From NCBI RefSeq assembly GCF_006345805.1, contig NC_043006.1, forward strand, positions 91,884,001-91,948,000: DNA of 64,000 nucleotides, given 5' to 3'. This document shows positions 13,439 through 25,480 of this stretch, piece by piece. This DNA is from Octopus sinensis. Taxonomy: Eukaryota. Numbering within the stretch: position 1 is the first letter of the stretch; every line of letters begins with the position of its first letter. The translations under genes were made by a program, and so were the position numbers. Below the pieces are notes generated by a model. The model saw nothing but the letters and a program-made list of their open reading frames with translations. It searched no databases and was not told where the DNA came from.

Positions 13439-13456
13439 GTTTATATAGATACATGC

Positions 13457-13522
<66 letters not shown>

Positions 13523-14053
13523 ATATATATATATATATACATATGTATATACATAGGTATGGTATCTAGAAGATCCAAAGAGTGACAGATAATGCTAAGT
13601 GCTATGGACAGACCGTAGTTGAACTCTTGGTTCGATAGTGATACGAGTGAGGAGTCTAATGTGGTCATGTATTAGCATGCACATATACATACATACATAC
13701 ATACATACATACATACATACATGCATATATATATAAAGTAGAAATATAATATCAATATATTAAGATATTGTAGTTGCAGTTCAATTATTCGAGCAAAGTG
13801 GTGTATAGAAGTGGTAAAAAAGTTTCCTGTACATGGTATGTAAGTTCCAAATGTAGTTCATGTTGGAGCCATGAATTCCATAATAATTCCTTACTTCGAA
13901 CTCAAATATTTACCTCTATTTAACTCATATCTGATGAAGGGATATCCGTAATATCTCAGAAATAGTTGTAAGACTATATCTATAACTTTTCCTTGTAGAT
14001 GTTCTGAAAACTACTCACAGCTTTGGTTTTGTTCTCTCATTTTGTCTAATGTA

Positions 14054-14099
<46 letters not shown>

Positions 14100-14199
14100 A
14101 TATATATATAAATATTTGCTAGTTTTTTACAAAGCCTCCGCCCACCAATTAGACTCGCAGGGTTTGAACAGAGCGAATATGTTGTTGAAAGCCAACAAA

Positions 14200-14420
14200 T
14201 GGTGACTTATTGAAGTGGCAACAACTCATAGCATGTTTCGGACTTATAAGACCTCCTCCAAGAAACACAATCTAATGGTGATCGCATGATTTTGGAAGGA
14301 AACCATTTTCGTGAATGGTGTAACAGCATCGGAGAATGACTTACAAATGAATACTCACAAATGGTTGCTGCATTAAAACTAATTTTCAAAGTGGTTACTG
14401 GCATGGTTGATGTGAAACAA
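14200..14420 (+). mobile_element. Possible very old CR1 C-terminal relic
   Basis: RMTY... and LKLIFKVVTGMVDV resemble CR1 MTYEERL and LI..FKI..G.VDI. Confidence 0.25.
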
Positions 14421-14757
14421 GACCAGTGAATTAAACTTGCAGGACAGGCATTGCTGTGTGATTACTAAGTTATTTAAACAATATAATTTGGAGGATATTT
14501 TCAGTTTGTCATACAAAAAGTTTGCTATGCGGCAGCATTATCCTGTTTCTTGGAATAGATTAGAAACGGCTTTATTCCAGAATATATACAAACAATGGAA
14601 TAAACCATGAGTTTCAGATCGTATTTAATAAGCCATTGTGCATCAATAGATATATAATTTTGAAAGCGTATTTTTAAATATATTAATGTAAAATAAAGAA
14701 TTCTACCTCTTACGCCCACAAAAAATGTCTAAAATGTATTAGGAGATTTTATTCACA

Positions 14758-14840
14758 TACATACATACATACATACATACATACATACATACATACATAC
14801 ATACATACATACATACATACATACATACATACTTACATAC

Positions 14841-14907
<67 letters not shown>

Positions 14908-14925
14908 GTATGTATGTATGTATGT
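14758..14925. repeat. (CATA)n / (AT)n microsatellite
   Basis: Directly visible. Confidence 0.95.
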
Positions 14926-15047
14926 TTTATTTCCTCTAATAGTTATTCTTTTGCATTGATTCTGAGATTCTAAGTACGCATTTACAAACACACACATTCC
15001 GGCATACTCACAAAAACATACATCTATAATACTCTCTTTCTCTTTCC

Positions 15048-15088
<41 letters not shown>

Positions 15089-15604
15089 ATACATACTGAT
15101 TCTAGACGTACGTGTATCTCATCGCAATATATCTACAGGAAAAATCCTTTGAGTGAACGTAGATGAATAGACGTAAAGTCCAGGAGATACGTGCGTATAA
15201 TTTTAAAATATACACACACATGACCTTTAATAATGCTTACAATTATCTATTCCAAACACATCATTTTGATATTTCTGGAAACTAAACACCAAGAAAAATT
15301 ATATTTGGAGTGTTTTCACTCTAATTACGGCTGTCTCTTAAATCAGAACAATAAATTATATTTTTCAAATGAATAACCAGTTAAACATTGTAATTGTCTT
15401 TTTATTGTTCTGAGTTGTTCTGATAACTGGACCGCCCAATCGGATTTCACAGAGGTCCAAAAAACACGCTGACACTAATAAATACACGCACATATCTACA
15501 CAAAAAGCAAGCAACACATTTACAGTTGAAATTACATGCATATATGTATAAAACCATCTTTAATCACACACACTCAGATTATATATACAAATTCACTTCT
15601 ACTT

Positions 15605-15945
15605 AGTTTGATGTGGTGAGCCTTTGCACCAACATTCCACATGATTTAGGAATACAGGCGATTAAATACTGGGTAGAAAAATATAGAGAAGTGATCCCAA
15701 ACAGATTCGCAGTGCCATTTATATTAGACACAATCAGACTTTTTCTGGAAAACAACACATTCTTCTTCAATGGAAAGAATTATATCCGAATTACAGGCAC
15801 GGCGATGAGAACGAGGTTTACTCGCGTTTACGCGAACTCTGTAATGGCTTATCTAGAACAGCAACTCTACCAAAATGTAGAGGAATAACTATAGCACTGA
15901 ATTTAGAAATTATATTGAAAAGGCATGGAAGAGATACCTTGACCA
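15605..15945 (+). mobile_element. Penelope-like element RT core fragment
   Basis: FDVVSLCTNIPHDLG...FLENNTFFFNGKNYIRITGTAMRTRFTRVYANSVMAYLE...WKRYLD; matches PLE RT motifs FDV.SLYTNIP, G.AMG..AP..AN, RY.DD. Confidence 0.85.
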
Positions 15946-16017
15946 TAATATACATGCATTCGCATAGATAGATAAATCGATAGATGGATACATAGATAAA
16001 TACATACATTACATATA

Positions 16018-16092
<75 letters not shown>

Positions 16093-16459
16093 ATATATCT
16101 TTGTATGCATACCAACGTAGTCTTCTCTGTTGGTGACAGAAAGAGGAATGGGATACAATCTGCATCTTCTCAACAAAGCAGGATATCAATTCATTTAATA
16201 TTGAAATAGCTCATTTCACATACAAACAAATTTGCATCAAATTAACGCATATCGAAATGGCATAAACGCATGAATCATTGCACAATAGCTTAGCTCTTAT
16301 CTGTCACTGAGTGGTACCGTCAGAGCAATATATTAAGCCGATCCATTCACTCGATAAACATTACATAAAAACAATGCACTCACAAAGCAATCCTACGACT
16401 TATACCAATTAATCATATGTATACGCTACCATCGCGTGCTATATTTTTGGAAGTATTTA

Positions 16460-16680
16460 AGGCGGCGAGCTGGTAGAAACGTTAGCACGCCGGGCGAAAC
16501 GCGTACCCGTATTTCGTCTGCCGTTACGTTCAGAGTTCAAATTCCGCCGAAGTCGACTTTGCCGCTCATCCTTTCGGTATCGCTAAATTAAGTACCAGTT
16601 GCATACTGGGGTCGATCGAATAAACTGGCCCCGTCCCCCAAAATTTCGGGCCTTGTGCTGAGTGTAGAAAAAGAATAATT
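16460..16680 (+). mobile_element. tRNA-derived SINE with central core domain
   Basis: GGCGGCGAGCTGGTAGAAACGTTAG (A-box-like), GAGTTCAAATTCC (B-box), GTCGACTTTGCC..TCATCCTTTCGG..TCG.TAAATTAAGTACCAGT, 3' GGCCTTGTG. Confidence 0.8.
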
Positions 16681-17439
16681 TGGATGGAAGTTATGTTTTT
16701 GAGCTCGAGACGAGATAGTGTAATGGCTGGATCCTGAAAAGTTAATTAGTTTATTGGATTAATTATTTAAATCGCATCATCTTTCATGATAAAATTCAGA
16801 TTTTGAAATAGATGAAGCTACAGAGAACAGCTATCGGATGTGAGGATTAAGGAAGAAAAGATTTTTTTATTTTACATCTGAGATGAATGCAAAATGCTTA
16901 TCCCGGAACCCGAATCTGTAGAGATGCGGACTTCAGTCTTCAATTGAATTTCCGCTCAAAATCCCTAGATAATATCTTTATAAAATAATGTTAATTGGCC
17001 CGTTGTAGTATATTACAATTTTAGAGTTAATTAAGAGAAGACAATTTATTAAAGATGTTTAGCTCATCATCAAGGTGTAATCATTTAAATATCTCTGGAG
17101 ATAATCTTTGTAAATATTATATTAATAGTCAATGAAATATTCTCATATCGGGAAAGTGATGATTACAAAGGTGTGAAACAGAATATTCCGAAGACATTAT
17201 TATTGCAACAAGAATTTCATATATTTTGTGATATTATTCAAAGTAAAACCAGAAGCCATTCGGGAACGACATTGTCAAAACTTGATGATGTTCTCAGTCT
17301 TTCGAATTGTCTATTATTAATGATGCTTTTCTTGTTAGTGGACCAAGAGTTTCCGAAATGGCGCATCTCATAGTTACAGAGATTTGGTATGGCAATTGAT
17401 ATACAGATAATCACTATTTGTTATTATAGTCAGCATTTT

Positions 17440-17940
17440 ATAAGGGGATATCATGGTTCTATGCAAAAAAAACGGCCAGCAGAAATCTCTTCGTAACCGT
17501 TTAGATCAGCTCTCAACCAGAGTAGCAAGAACTGCTTCAAGAATGATTTGCTCACATTCTAACAAATGTAGTGAAGCGAACGAGAGATATATCTATACGG
17601 CACAATCCTTACGCCCATTGAATAATTGAAACTTAATGGCTACTCCACGTCTTTCACCCATACCCATCAAGGCCAACGGTGTTAAAAGGCACAATAATCA
17701 TCCCAATAGTGTCCACTTCCTTAAGCTGCCGTGTCTTAGCGAGACTAACAAAACCGTTAACACTATTCAAACAACCATTCGCAGGGAAGGGATAGATATA
17801 TGTCTGACTCACACTGGCTCCTGCTGACCTCGAGTCCTTAGCAATAAAAATCCTGTCGATTACAACGAAACGTGAACTCTTAGAAACTGTGTCTCCTTGA
17901 CACAAACATATGCCTACGTGCATTTTTGATGTAGGAAGAA
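17440..17940 (+). mobile_element. PLE RT thumb/linker fragment
   Basis: WFYAKKRPAEISS*PFRSAL ... HNPY ... LKLPCLSETNKTVNTIQTTIRREGIDICLTHTG ... NC; fits the PLE pattern Y.KP...HY.S.HP ... NGYP ... LPY. Confidence 0.55.
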
Positions 17941-17978
17941 AAATACAACACACGTATATGTATAAGTAGAAAAAAACA

Positions 17979-18180
<202 letters not shown>

Positions 18181-18879
18181 ATATGTATACACATACATCT
18201 ATATATCGATTTATTGGTTTGGTGGTGCAAACAGGAAAAAACGACTCAAAACACGTGTATATATGTATGTGTGCGTGTATATATATATGTGTGTGTGTGT
18301 GTGTGTTAATATTTAGAAGAAGCAACAGTTATTGAAGGGCCAAATGTTTCAAGCGTTATCAGTTATCAAAGTATAAAGAACTAACGCACGAAACTTTCGA
18401 CTCATGAGTCACTCTGGTACTTCTGCTAAATTTTATTAAAAAATATGTTTTTATAAGTGTATTTGATGTATATGATACCATTTTATATCGTGTTTCACAT
18501 ATATGTATATATATATATATATATATATTTACCATCGTTAATGGTAAATGTTTTTGATTTTCACTCTCTCCATGAATTTATCCCACTTTGTGTCTTTAGC
18601 ACTAAGCTTCTTTATTTTGGAGCCTTTTATTATATTTCTATATGAATAATATTTTTCTATACGAATAATATTTTGTCTAATGATTAATTCGTCTTTTGTG
18701 CTAGGCCACTGGTAATAATAACCTATGTTATTACCCTTTTTGATTATATATATATATATATATATACAAACACACACATATATAGATGTAGAGTACACTG
18801 TTCAGTGAAGGTAAGATCAACTAAAAATTATTGCATCTTATGCAAAATTAATAATGTTTAATAAACAGGCATCAGACAT

Positions 18880-19370
18880 CCTATTTCATATCCTACATTT
18901 CATATCACACCTGGTACCTTCATGTAATCTTCGGGCTATGCTCACATGATATATACAATCTAAAAAGGGCGAGAAAATATGAGAAAACTTGTGAAAAGGC
19001 GACAAGAAATTAGATGCAAATGGTAGAAGGTTCGAAACACCGGCAAACGAAAGAAAGAGGAAAACAGTAAAAGGAAAAAGAGGTGAAATTAAAATTATGT
19101 TCCCTTTGACCCTAAAATCATAATAAGGCTGAATGGATAGGGACCTAGAGACCGCGGTAGACCTGCTCAATTTGAAGAGGGTTATATTTCCCCATTCTCC
19201 TTCAGGAAGTTTGATTTACGATTACATCTTCCGAAAATTTCAGATCTGGAATCCAGGAGTGCGGTAGATCAGAAAGGATCTGTGAAATTTCAGTTAAGCA
19301 TAGCTTACAATTAGTAGATCCATTGACATATGGTTTAGATATTAAAAACGGTTTAGATATTCTTTTAGAT
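18880..19370 (-). mobile_element. PLE 3' end (GIY-YIG C-terminus + trailer)
   Basis: Minus strand SKPYVNGSTNCKLCLTEISQIL ... RSEIFGRCNRKSNFL matches the PLE C-terminal pattern KPY.NG.K.C.LCL.EK..IL...RSE...KCRH.NKFL. Confidence 0.7.
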
Positions 19371-19426
19371 TTCGTCACCCTACCCACACTCACAGCTATA
19401 TATATGAATGTATGCATTCATATATG

Positions 19427-19460
<34 letters not shown>

Positions 19461-19461
19461 A

Positions 19462-19505
<44 letters not shown>

Positions 19506-19564
19506 TATATATATATACATACATGCATACATATATATACATATATATATATAATATATATATA

Positions 19565-19800
19565 TACCGGAGTAAGCATATAAATGTGAAACAAGATTGA
19601 AAAAGGAGTACACAAATACCAGAGGTATAGTAATATGCTTTATTTAAAAGCAGAAAAAGTATAACAAAAGCTGTTATTCAGAGTTTCACGTTCCCGTTCG
19701 TCGGACAGACTTGTTAAAATAGAACGGAAATAACAATTTGATCAAAACTAGTTAAAAGATACACCTTTAAAAATGGATTTGTTTCATTGGTCCTTTCAAA
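19565..19800 (-). mobile_element. Short PLE-type terminal repeat carrying an HHR motif
   Basis: HHR-like motif followed by an approx. 105-nt pyrimidine-rich trailer and (AT)n, the same layout as other such repeats in the window. Confidence 0.55.
19671..19708 (-). ncRNA. Minimal type-I hammerhead-like motif (core CCGACGA)
   Basis: CTGT-CCGACGA-ACG-ggaa-CGT-GAAAC-TCTGA-ATA-ACAG: stem I CTGT/ACAG, stem II ACG/CGT with GNRA loop; stem III has a C-A mismatch. Confidence 0.6.
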
Positions 19801-20059
19801 TAAATTATAAATTATAAAAAATCTAGGAAAACCTTAAATCGAAGAGCGAATTCAAAATACATATTGCCATTAATTATATAGAAATATAATTCGATTAATA
19901 CAATTAATACATAAAAATTAAAAATATATTAAAATATTTCACAACAATATATACGCATACTAAACCATCAATATACATATATACATCAAAATACACAGAT
20001 AGATGTACACAGACCACATACATATGCAGACGTATAAATGAAAAACGTAAATATTCACA

Positions 20060-20150
20060 CAAATACACATATACATATGTATCCGTCAAATGTAAATGAG
20101 GTGAATAATGTAAATAATGTACATAATTACTTATCTCTTAAATATAGAAC
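20060..20150 (+). repeat. Fragment of the repeat family seen at 35655-35720
   Basis: Shared TCAAATGTAAAT...GTAAAT.ATGTACATAATT.CT.ATCTCTTAAATATAGAAC. Confidence 0.75.
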
Positions 20151-20778
20151 TGAACTTTCATATATTTTAATTGTTTATAACATCTGCGCTTTCATTAACC
20201 AAGGCTTGAAGGTATCTCGCGTTTCTGACCTGTCATAAATTGACTCCCATGGTACAACAAAAAGTTAAATCATTAGGATAAACATATTTCTATTTTGCCT
20301 CAATAATACAAATCTCCATTGGAAACTTTCCATATCAGAATAAATGTAGCGTCAGAGTCACTGACAAGTAGAATATACGTAAACTGCAGAATTCCATTTC
20401 TTGATATTGTATGGGGGGACATACCTAGATGAGGACCGCGTCGCTAAATCCGGCTGTTAGAAATGGGTTCAGATAAAATCCAAGTTTGGACACGTCACAA
20501 ATGGTAGTGCAAAACCAAGTTAAGGAAACTAATATTTATATTTATTCAATCCTACGCATGACTCGACAGTTACCTGGGGCGACGAATCGTCAGAGGTGTT
20601 ATAATAATGTTTTTCGTTTGGTTATAATGTAGACAGAAATCAAAAACAGAAACTACAAAGTTAGAAACGAAAAGAACATTTTTTAAAAAGCATCCTATTT
20701 TATTTGCCGTCGGGCAATTTCAGAGGCGAAAACATTTTATATAATATATATATATACATGATACATAAATGCATATAT

Positions 20779-20871
<93 letters not shown>

Positions 20872-20988
20872 ATGCACACATATATATGTACACACACACA
20901 CATACAAACATATAATGTGCATACATAGATATCACAAATGGAAATAAAAAATGTACTATCATTCACCTTTTCCAAATCTTCCAAATCG

Positions 20989-20989
<1 letters not shown>

Positions 20990-21042
<53 letters not shown>
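20990..21042. repeat. (TAC)n microsatellite
   Basis: Directly visible. Confidence 0.95.
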
Positions 21043-21313
21043 GAGACTACTGATGCTGCATTTGTCTTTCCTGCTGCTGCCAGTTCTGTTACTGCTGCTG
21101 TTGCAAATGGCATTCAAATGTTCTTATTTTGGCATAAGTTCCAGCGTTAATGAAAACTCCCCATTTTATTTTACATTAGGTCCTTCTCCTCCTCTTCTTG
21201 CTGTTGTTGTTACTCTTTTTGTTACTGTTGCAAGAGTTTGACGATCAAATACGTTTGTTTCCTATTTACCAGGTCCACCTTTTCCAATGTGTCATTTTCT
21301 TTATAGCGTAGAG

Positions 21314-21563
21314 CTGTGATTCCCAAACTTTTTCAGGCTGTTGCCCTCTTGGCACACAGGCCACATACGTAACGCCGCCCCCTCTATCCCTGACACAAAT
21401 ATAGACCACTTTCTGCCACAAAATACTTCACAAATAAGACTTAACCTAATCAACCCATTATTTTTTTTTTGGCTACCCCATTATCGTCCCACTTTTCTTC
21501 AATGACCCCCTGCACCTTTCCACTGCCACCAAGGGGGCAGTAACCCCCACTTGGGAACCACTG
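21314..21563. mobile_element. Non-autonomous hAT (Charlie-like) MITE, 250 bp
   Basis: TIRs CTGTGATTCCCAA / TTGGGAACCACTG; flanking 8-bp TSD GCGTAGAG (21306-21313) and GTGTAGAG (21564-21571). Confidence 0.8.
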
Positions 21564-22282
21564 GTGTAGAGTATGGTTTGGAGGCGATTTCTTCGATATT
21601 TCAACTCGGCTGGGTAATGGCGTAGATGCATACTCGTTCATTCGTCGTCTTCCTCTAGCTTCTTTTCGTGACTGTTGACAACCGGGAAAATTGTATTTAA
21701 ATGTTGTCAGAGGGGGTAAAAGTTTTAACTTGATTCGATCCTCTTACTCTGATTCAGAGACCAGTGTGATTTAGCAATACTGAAGCCTGTCAACTTTAGG
21801 GAATGAAGTCAAAGCGTTCTGAGGAAACATTGAATATTACGAACCGTCACTACCTTAAAATTAAATCATTTATAAAACACAGACATCGTTGATCATATCC
21901 AGAAAAAATTCATAAAAACAGAGGAAGAAAAATATAGTAGCCTCTAACATACAGACACACCCTCTCCTATCTCTCTCTCTCTTTCTCTCCCTCTTTCCCT
22001 CTCTCTCTTTCTCTCCCTCTTATTCTTTCTCCCCTCTCTCTCTGTATTATCTACCACTGTTATGATGGTTTATGCCTCTCAGAGCTGGCCGAGTTCAAGT
22101 GAGATTCCTACAGATTGTCCCGTTTCACTTCCATTTTTATTATCTGTCAGGTTGTCTTCCCTCACCGGCTCTACTTACATATCTTTCTCAGTTATTCCTC
22201 TCCACAAGGTGAGCTTTTGCATTCTCTCCTTCCTCATTCATGTCTTTTCCGCTTGTCGAGCATTAAAGGCATCAGTCTCACT

Positions 22283-22420
<138 letters not shown>

Positions 22421-22422
22421 TA

Positions 22423-23747
22423 AGGCGCAAACGTGCGCCGTGTCGGGTAGGAGTATCCATGACAACCTCCATCTGATGCGCTACATCATTGACAGGGTAG
22501 TTAAGGATCCTGGCATGGGTGGGGCGCTGATCAATTTGGATCAATCAAAAGCCTTCGATAGGGTAGACCATCACTACTTGGAGGTTGTCCTTAAGCGGCT
22601 GGTTTCGGTCCAGTTTTCCGCGGTTGGATCGCTGCCTTATACAGCGGCATCCGCTCAGTAGTTCGCGTACATGGTCATCTATCCAGACCTTTTAACATCA
22701 TGCGTTCGGTTCGTCAGGGATGCCCCCTCTCATCGATGCTGTATGTATTGACTCTTGAGCCACTACTGCGGAATCTGGCGATGCTGAGGGGCATCCCACG
22801 AGAGCTGGGATGCGGGAGGAGCGTGTCTGCATACGCGGAGGACGTCGCTATCATAGTGTCGAGCCACAAACACATCGAGCTGGTCGGCGAGACACTAAAA
22901 GAATACGAAGCGGTAACGGGAGCAAAAATTAACCGGGAAAAGTCATTGAGCTTGCGGCTCGGCACCTGGAGAAGCAAGCCCATGCCGTCCAGCAGCGTCT
23001 CCATCGTTTGACACTGGACCGACGGACCGGTTAAATTGCTCGGAGTTTGGTTCGATCCGGACCTCCGAATGGAGAAGAACTGGGGCGAAATAACGACTAG
23101 GGTGCCCCCTCTCACCCAGAAATGGGCTGAGAGGAAGCTATCCCTAAAAGGTCGGGCGGAGGTGGCGACTGCGTACATCGCATCCGTCATCGTGTACCGG
23201 CTGACCGTCGTGCCTTGTCCCGACCCTACCATCACCAAACTGGAACGGATACTCTTCCGCTTCCTGAGGAAGGGAAGCGTTCCGATTGTTAGGCGATCCA
23301 TTTGCTGTCAACACCCGCTAAATGGAGGACTAGGCATGCCGTGGTTGATGATGAGCAGACATGCTCTGAGACTGCGAGATCTCTAGCGCTTCATAGACGA
23401 TGGTGAACAGGTGTGGTCGCCTTTTGTGCGACGCGCTTTCCCGCAGCTCGTCTCCTTGGCCGAACTACAATCGTGGATCGAACAGAGACCGAGGCTAGGC
23501 GAATGGCACCGCGTGTGTCGCGTTGTTCTCAAGCAACTCTGCCGTCCGGGACCAAATTTGTGCGATTTCATTACAAGAAAGGCGTTCTATAGAGGATTAG
23601 TGGAGGGGAGGTGCAACGACGTTCTCGGGCAGAATCTGGGCGTCGACGAGAATCAGGCCAACTTTCAGGCCGGGACCTATGGACAATCACCAAAGATCTC
23701 TGGCCTGGCAGTGCTATCGAGAAGCATTACCTGTTCGGGATAAGCTA
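22423..23747 (+). mobile_element. Internal RT-region fragment of the same Tx1-like family as 1-5010
   Basis: Colinear with approx. 3129-4422: LINLDQSKAFDRVDH, VRQGCPLS, AYAEDV, KLSLKGRAEVA; both ends are internal to ORF2. Confidence 0.92.
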
Positions 23748-23750
23748 GAT

Positions 23751-23845
<95 letters not shown>
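23748..23845. repeat. (GATA)n array
   Basis: Directly visible. Confidence 0.95.
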
Positions 23846-24030
23846 GTATGACAGATCGCTAGCAATTAAACCTTTGTCTATTTTCACTCCCTGTTTATTT
23901 CTGCGTTCCGTTCTGTCGAAGAGCATAGGCTCGAAACGTGAAAGACTTTTTCACTTCCCTAGAGTTAAACTAATACATCGGTTTGTTGTTTACACACCCG
24001 TCTTCGTCTATTGTGTCTTTTTTTGAAAAT
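23846..24030 (+). mobile_element. PLE-type terminal repeat, second copy of the 5685-5870 family
   Basis: Sequence similarity to 5685-5870; contains an HHR-like motif. Confidence 0.7.
23909..23945 (+). ncRNA. Hammerhead-like motif (core CUGUCGA); triplet is GUG, so probably inactive
   Basis: CTGTCGA-A-GAGC-atag-GCTC-GAAAC-GTG-AAAG. Confidence 0.5.
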
Positions 24031-24081
24031 TCTCACTATATATATGCGTCTGGATATCCTTATTGCTTATGTTGATTATGC

Positions 24082-24142
<61 letters not shown>

Positions 24143-24904
24143 AATTATATATACAAGTAAAATAGTAAACATTGTGGGCAACAAATAAGATAAGTCGGTA
24201 CTTGTGAACAAGGACGTTTGTGATACTTGTTCCGCTCGAATTTCACAGATAATCCCTTGTCACTGTGACCGTGGAAAATTCTGTGAACAATTTGTTGAAT
24301 ACTTATTAAAACCGACACTTTCGCCCAATGCAATATAATACAAAAACAACTAACGTAATAAATAAATAAATAACAAAAAGTCTTATATCGATAAAGTAAA
24401 ACAAAAAAGATTAAATCAATTCTGAGACCTGTGTCGAAAATGATTCGCCTTTGTTGAGAAATTTCGAATAACTTTCAACTGAACTAAACTATCTCAACAG
24501 GTTCTAGCTATCTTTTATTCGCATATAAATGGTAATGAGAATTGTATTATATTTACAACCAGATTCACAGACTTTTCTAATATTATTGACGCCGCCAGTT
24601 GCCAAATCTTCGTGAAAGAAATAAACTAAAGAGAAACGGCTAGGATAACATACAAAAGACTTACAATATGAAAGAAAAGATAAACTATAAACCAGGAAAC
24701 ATTCATCAGGAACATTTTTTCTTTCTGTTGTATGTTTTATTGTTTCTTTTATGTAGATCTAAATTTATATTTTATTCTAAAGTGAGAAGTTAGCTTTTTC
24801 TTACTCGTCAGCCTACTTAGCTTTTTCCTACTTTTTAACATAATTTCCTGCAGTTTTGGCCCTTGAGTATAGATGTATCTCTCTATGCATCTAATTCGCT
24901 CTTA

Positions 24905-25480
24905 TATACATACGAGCAAAACACCCCACGTTCAATGGGCGGTGCTGAGTTGTCAAACATTTAAACCAAATTTTCTCAAAACAACTTGTCCGACCGTCCC
25001 ATAAGCCTCCTCTTTGAGAAACACTGATTTAACCTAGATTTGAGACACCAGCAAAAGAAGAAATAAACATAGATTTTTTTTTCTATTCCAAAGAAACCAA
25101 ATAGTCTTTCCACCCTTCATGTCAAGTTTGAAGAAAATATCTCTTTTGCATCTTACTTTTTTGGTCTCTTAAATATATTGCACATTGTGGCATTATTTCA
25201 AGCCAGTCGGCTTTTTTGCGCAAACGGCACGTGCAGTTTTTCTTGCGTACGCTTACTATCGATCGCAACAGCTGATGTACTCGCGCGTACAAATGCACAT
25301 TCCTACGGCTTTATCGATTACATTCTCACCTGGAACCGATTTTTGTAATTTTTTCAAGACTTATACACGCCCTGATACTGTCGGTATCTACATATCAAAT
25401 TTGAGCGCAATCGGATGGAAGATGCCCGAGATCCTAGAAGACACACAGACAGAACGAATTTTATATAATATATATATTAT
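24905..25480 (+). mobile_element. Non-autonomous Helitron/Helentron-associated (HINE/DINE-1/Lep1-like) element, long version
   Basis: 5' subterminal hairpin region (CCCCACGTTCAATGGGCGGTG); 3' ATATCAAATTTGAGCGCAATCGG...ACACAGACAGA...TTTTATATAATA like the Lep1/DINE-1 3' end; colinear with 35160-35535 plus approx. 190 extra bp. Confidence 0.6.

Noticed and set aside
20555-20600. Minus-strand CTGACGA with a GATTCG/CGAGTC stem
   Set aside because: No GAAA or cleavage triplet follows.
22134-22215. Possible 58-nt exon (TGTCAG|GTTG...ACAAG|GTGAGC)
   Set aside because: Frames are open but there is no recognisable protein and no supporting neighbouring exons.
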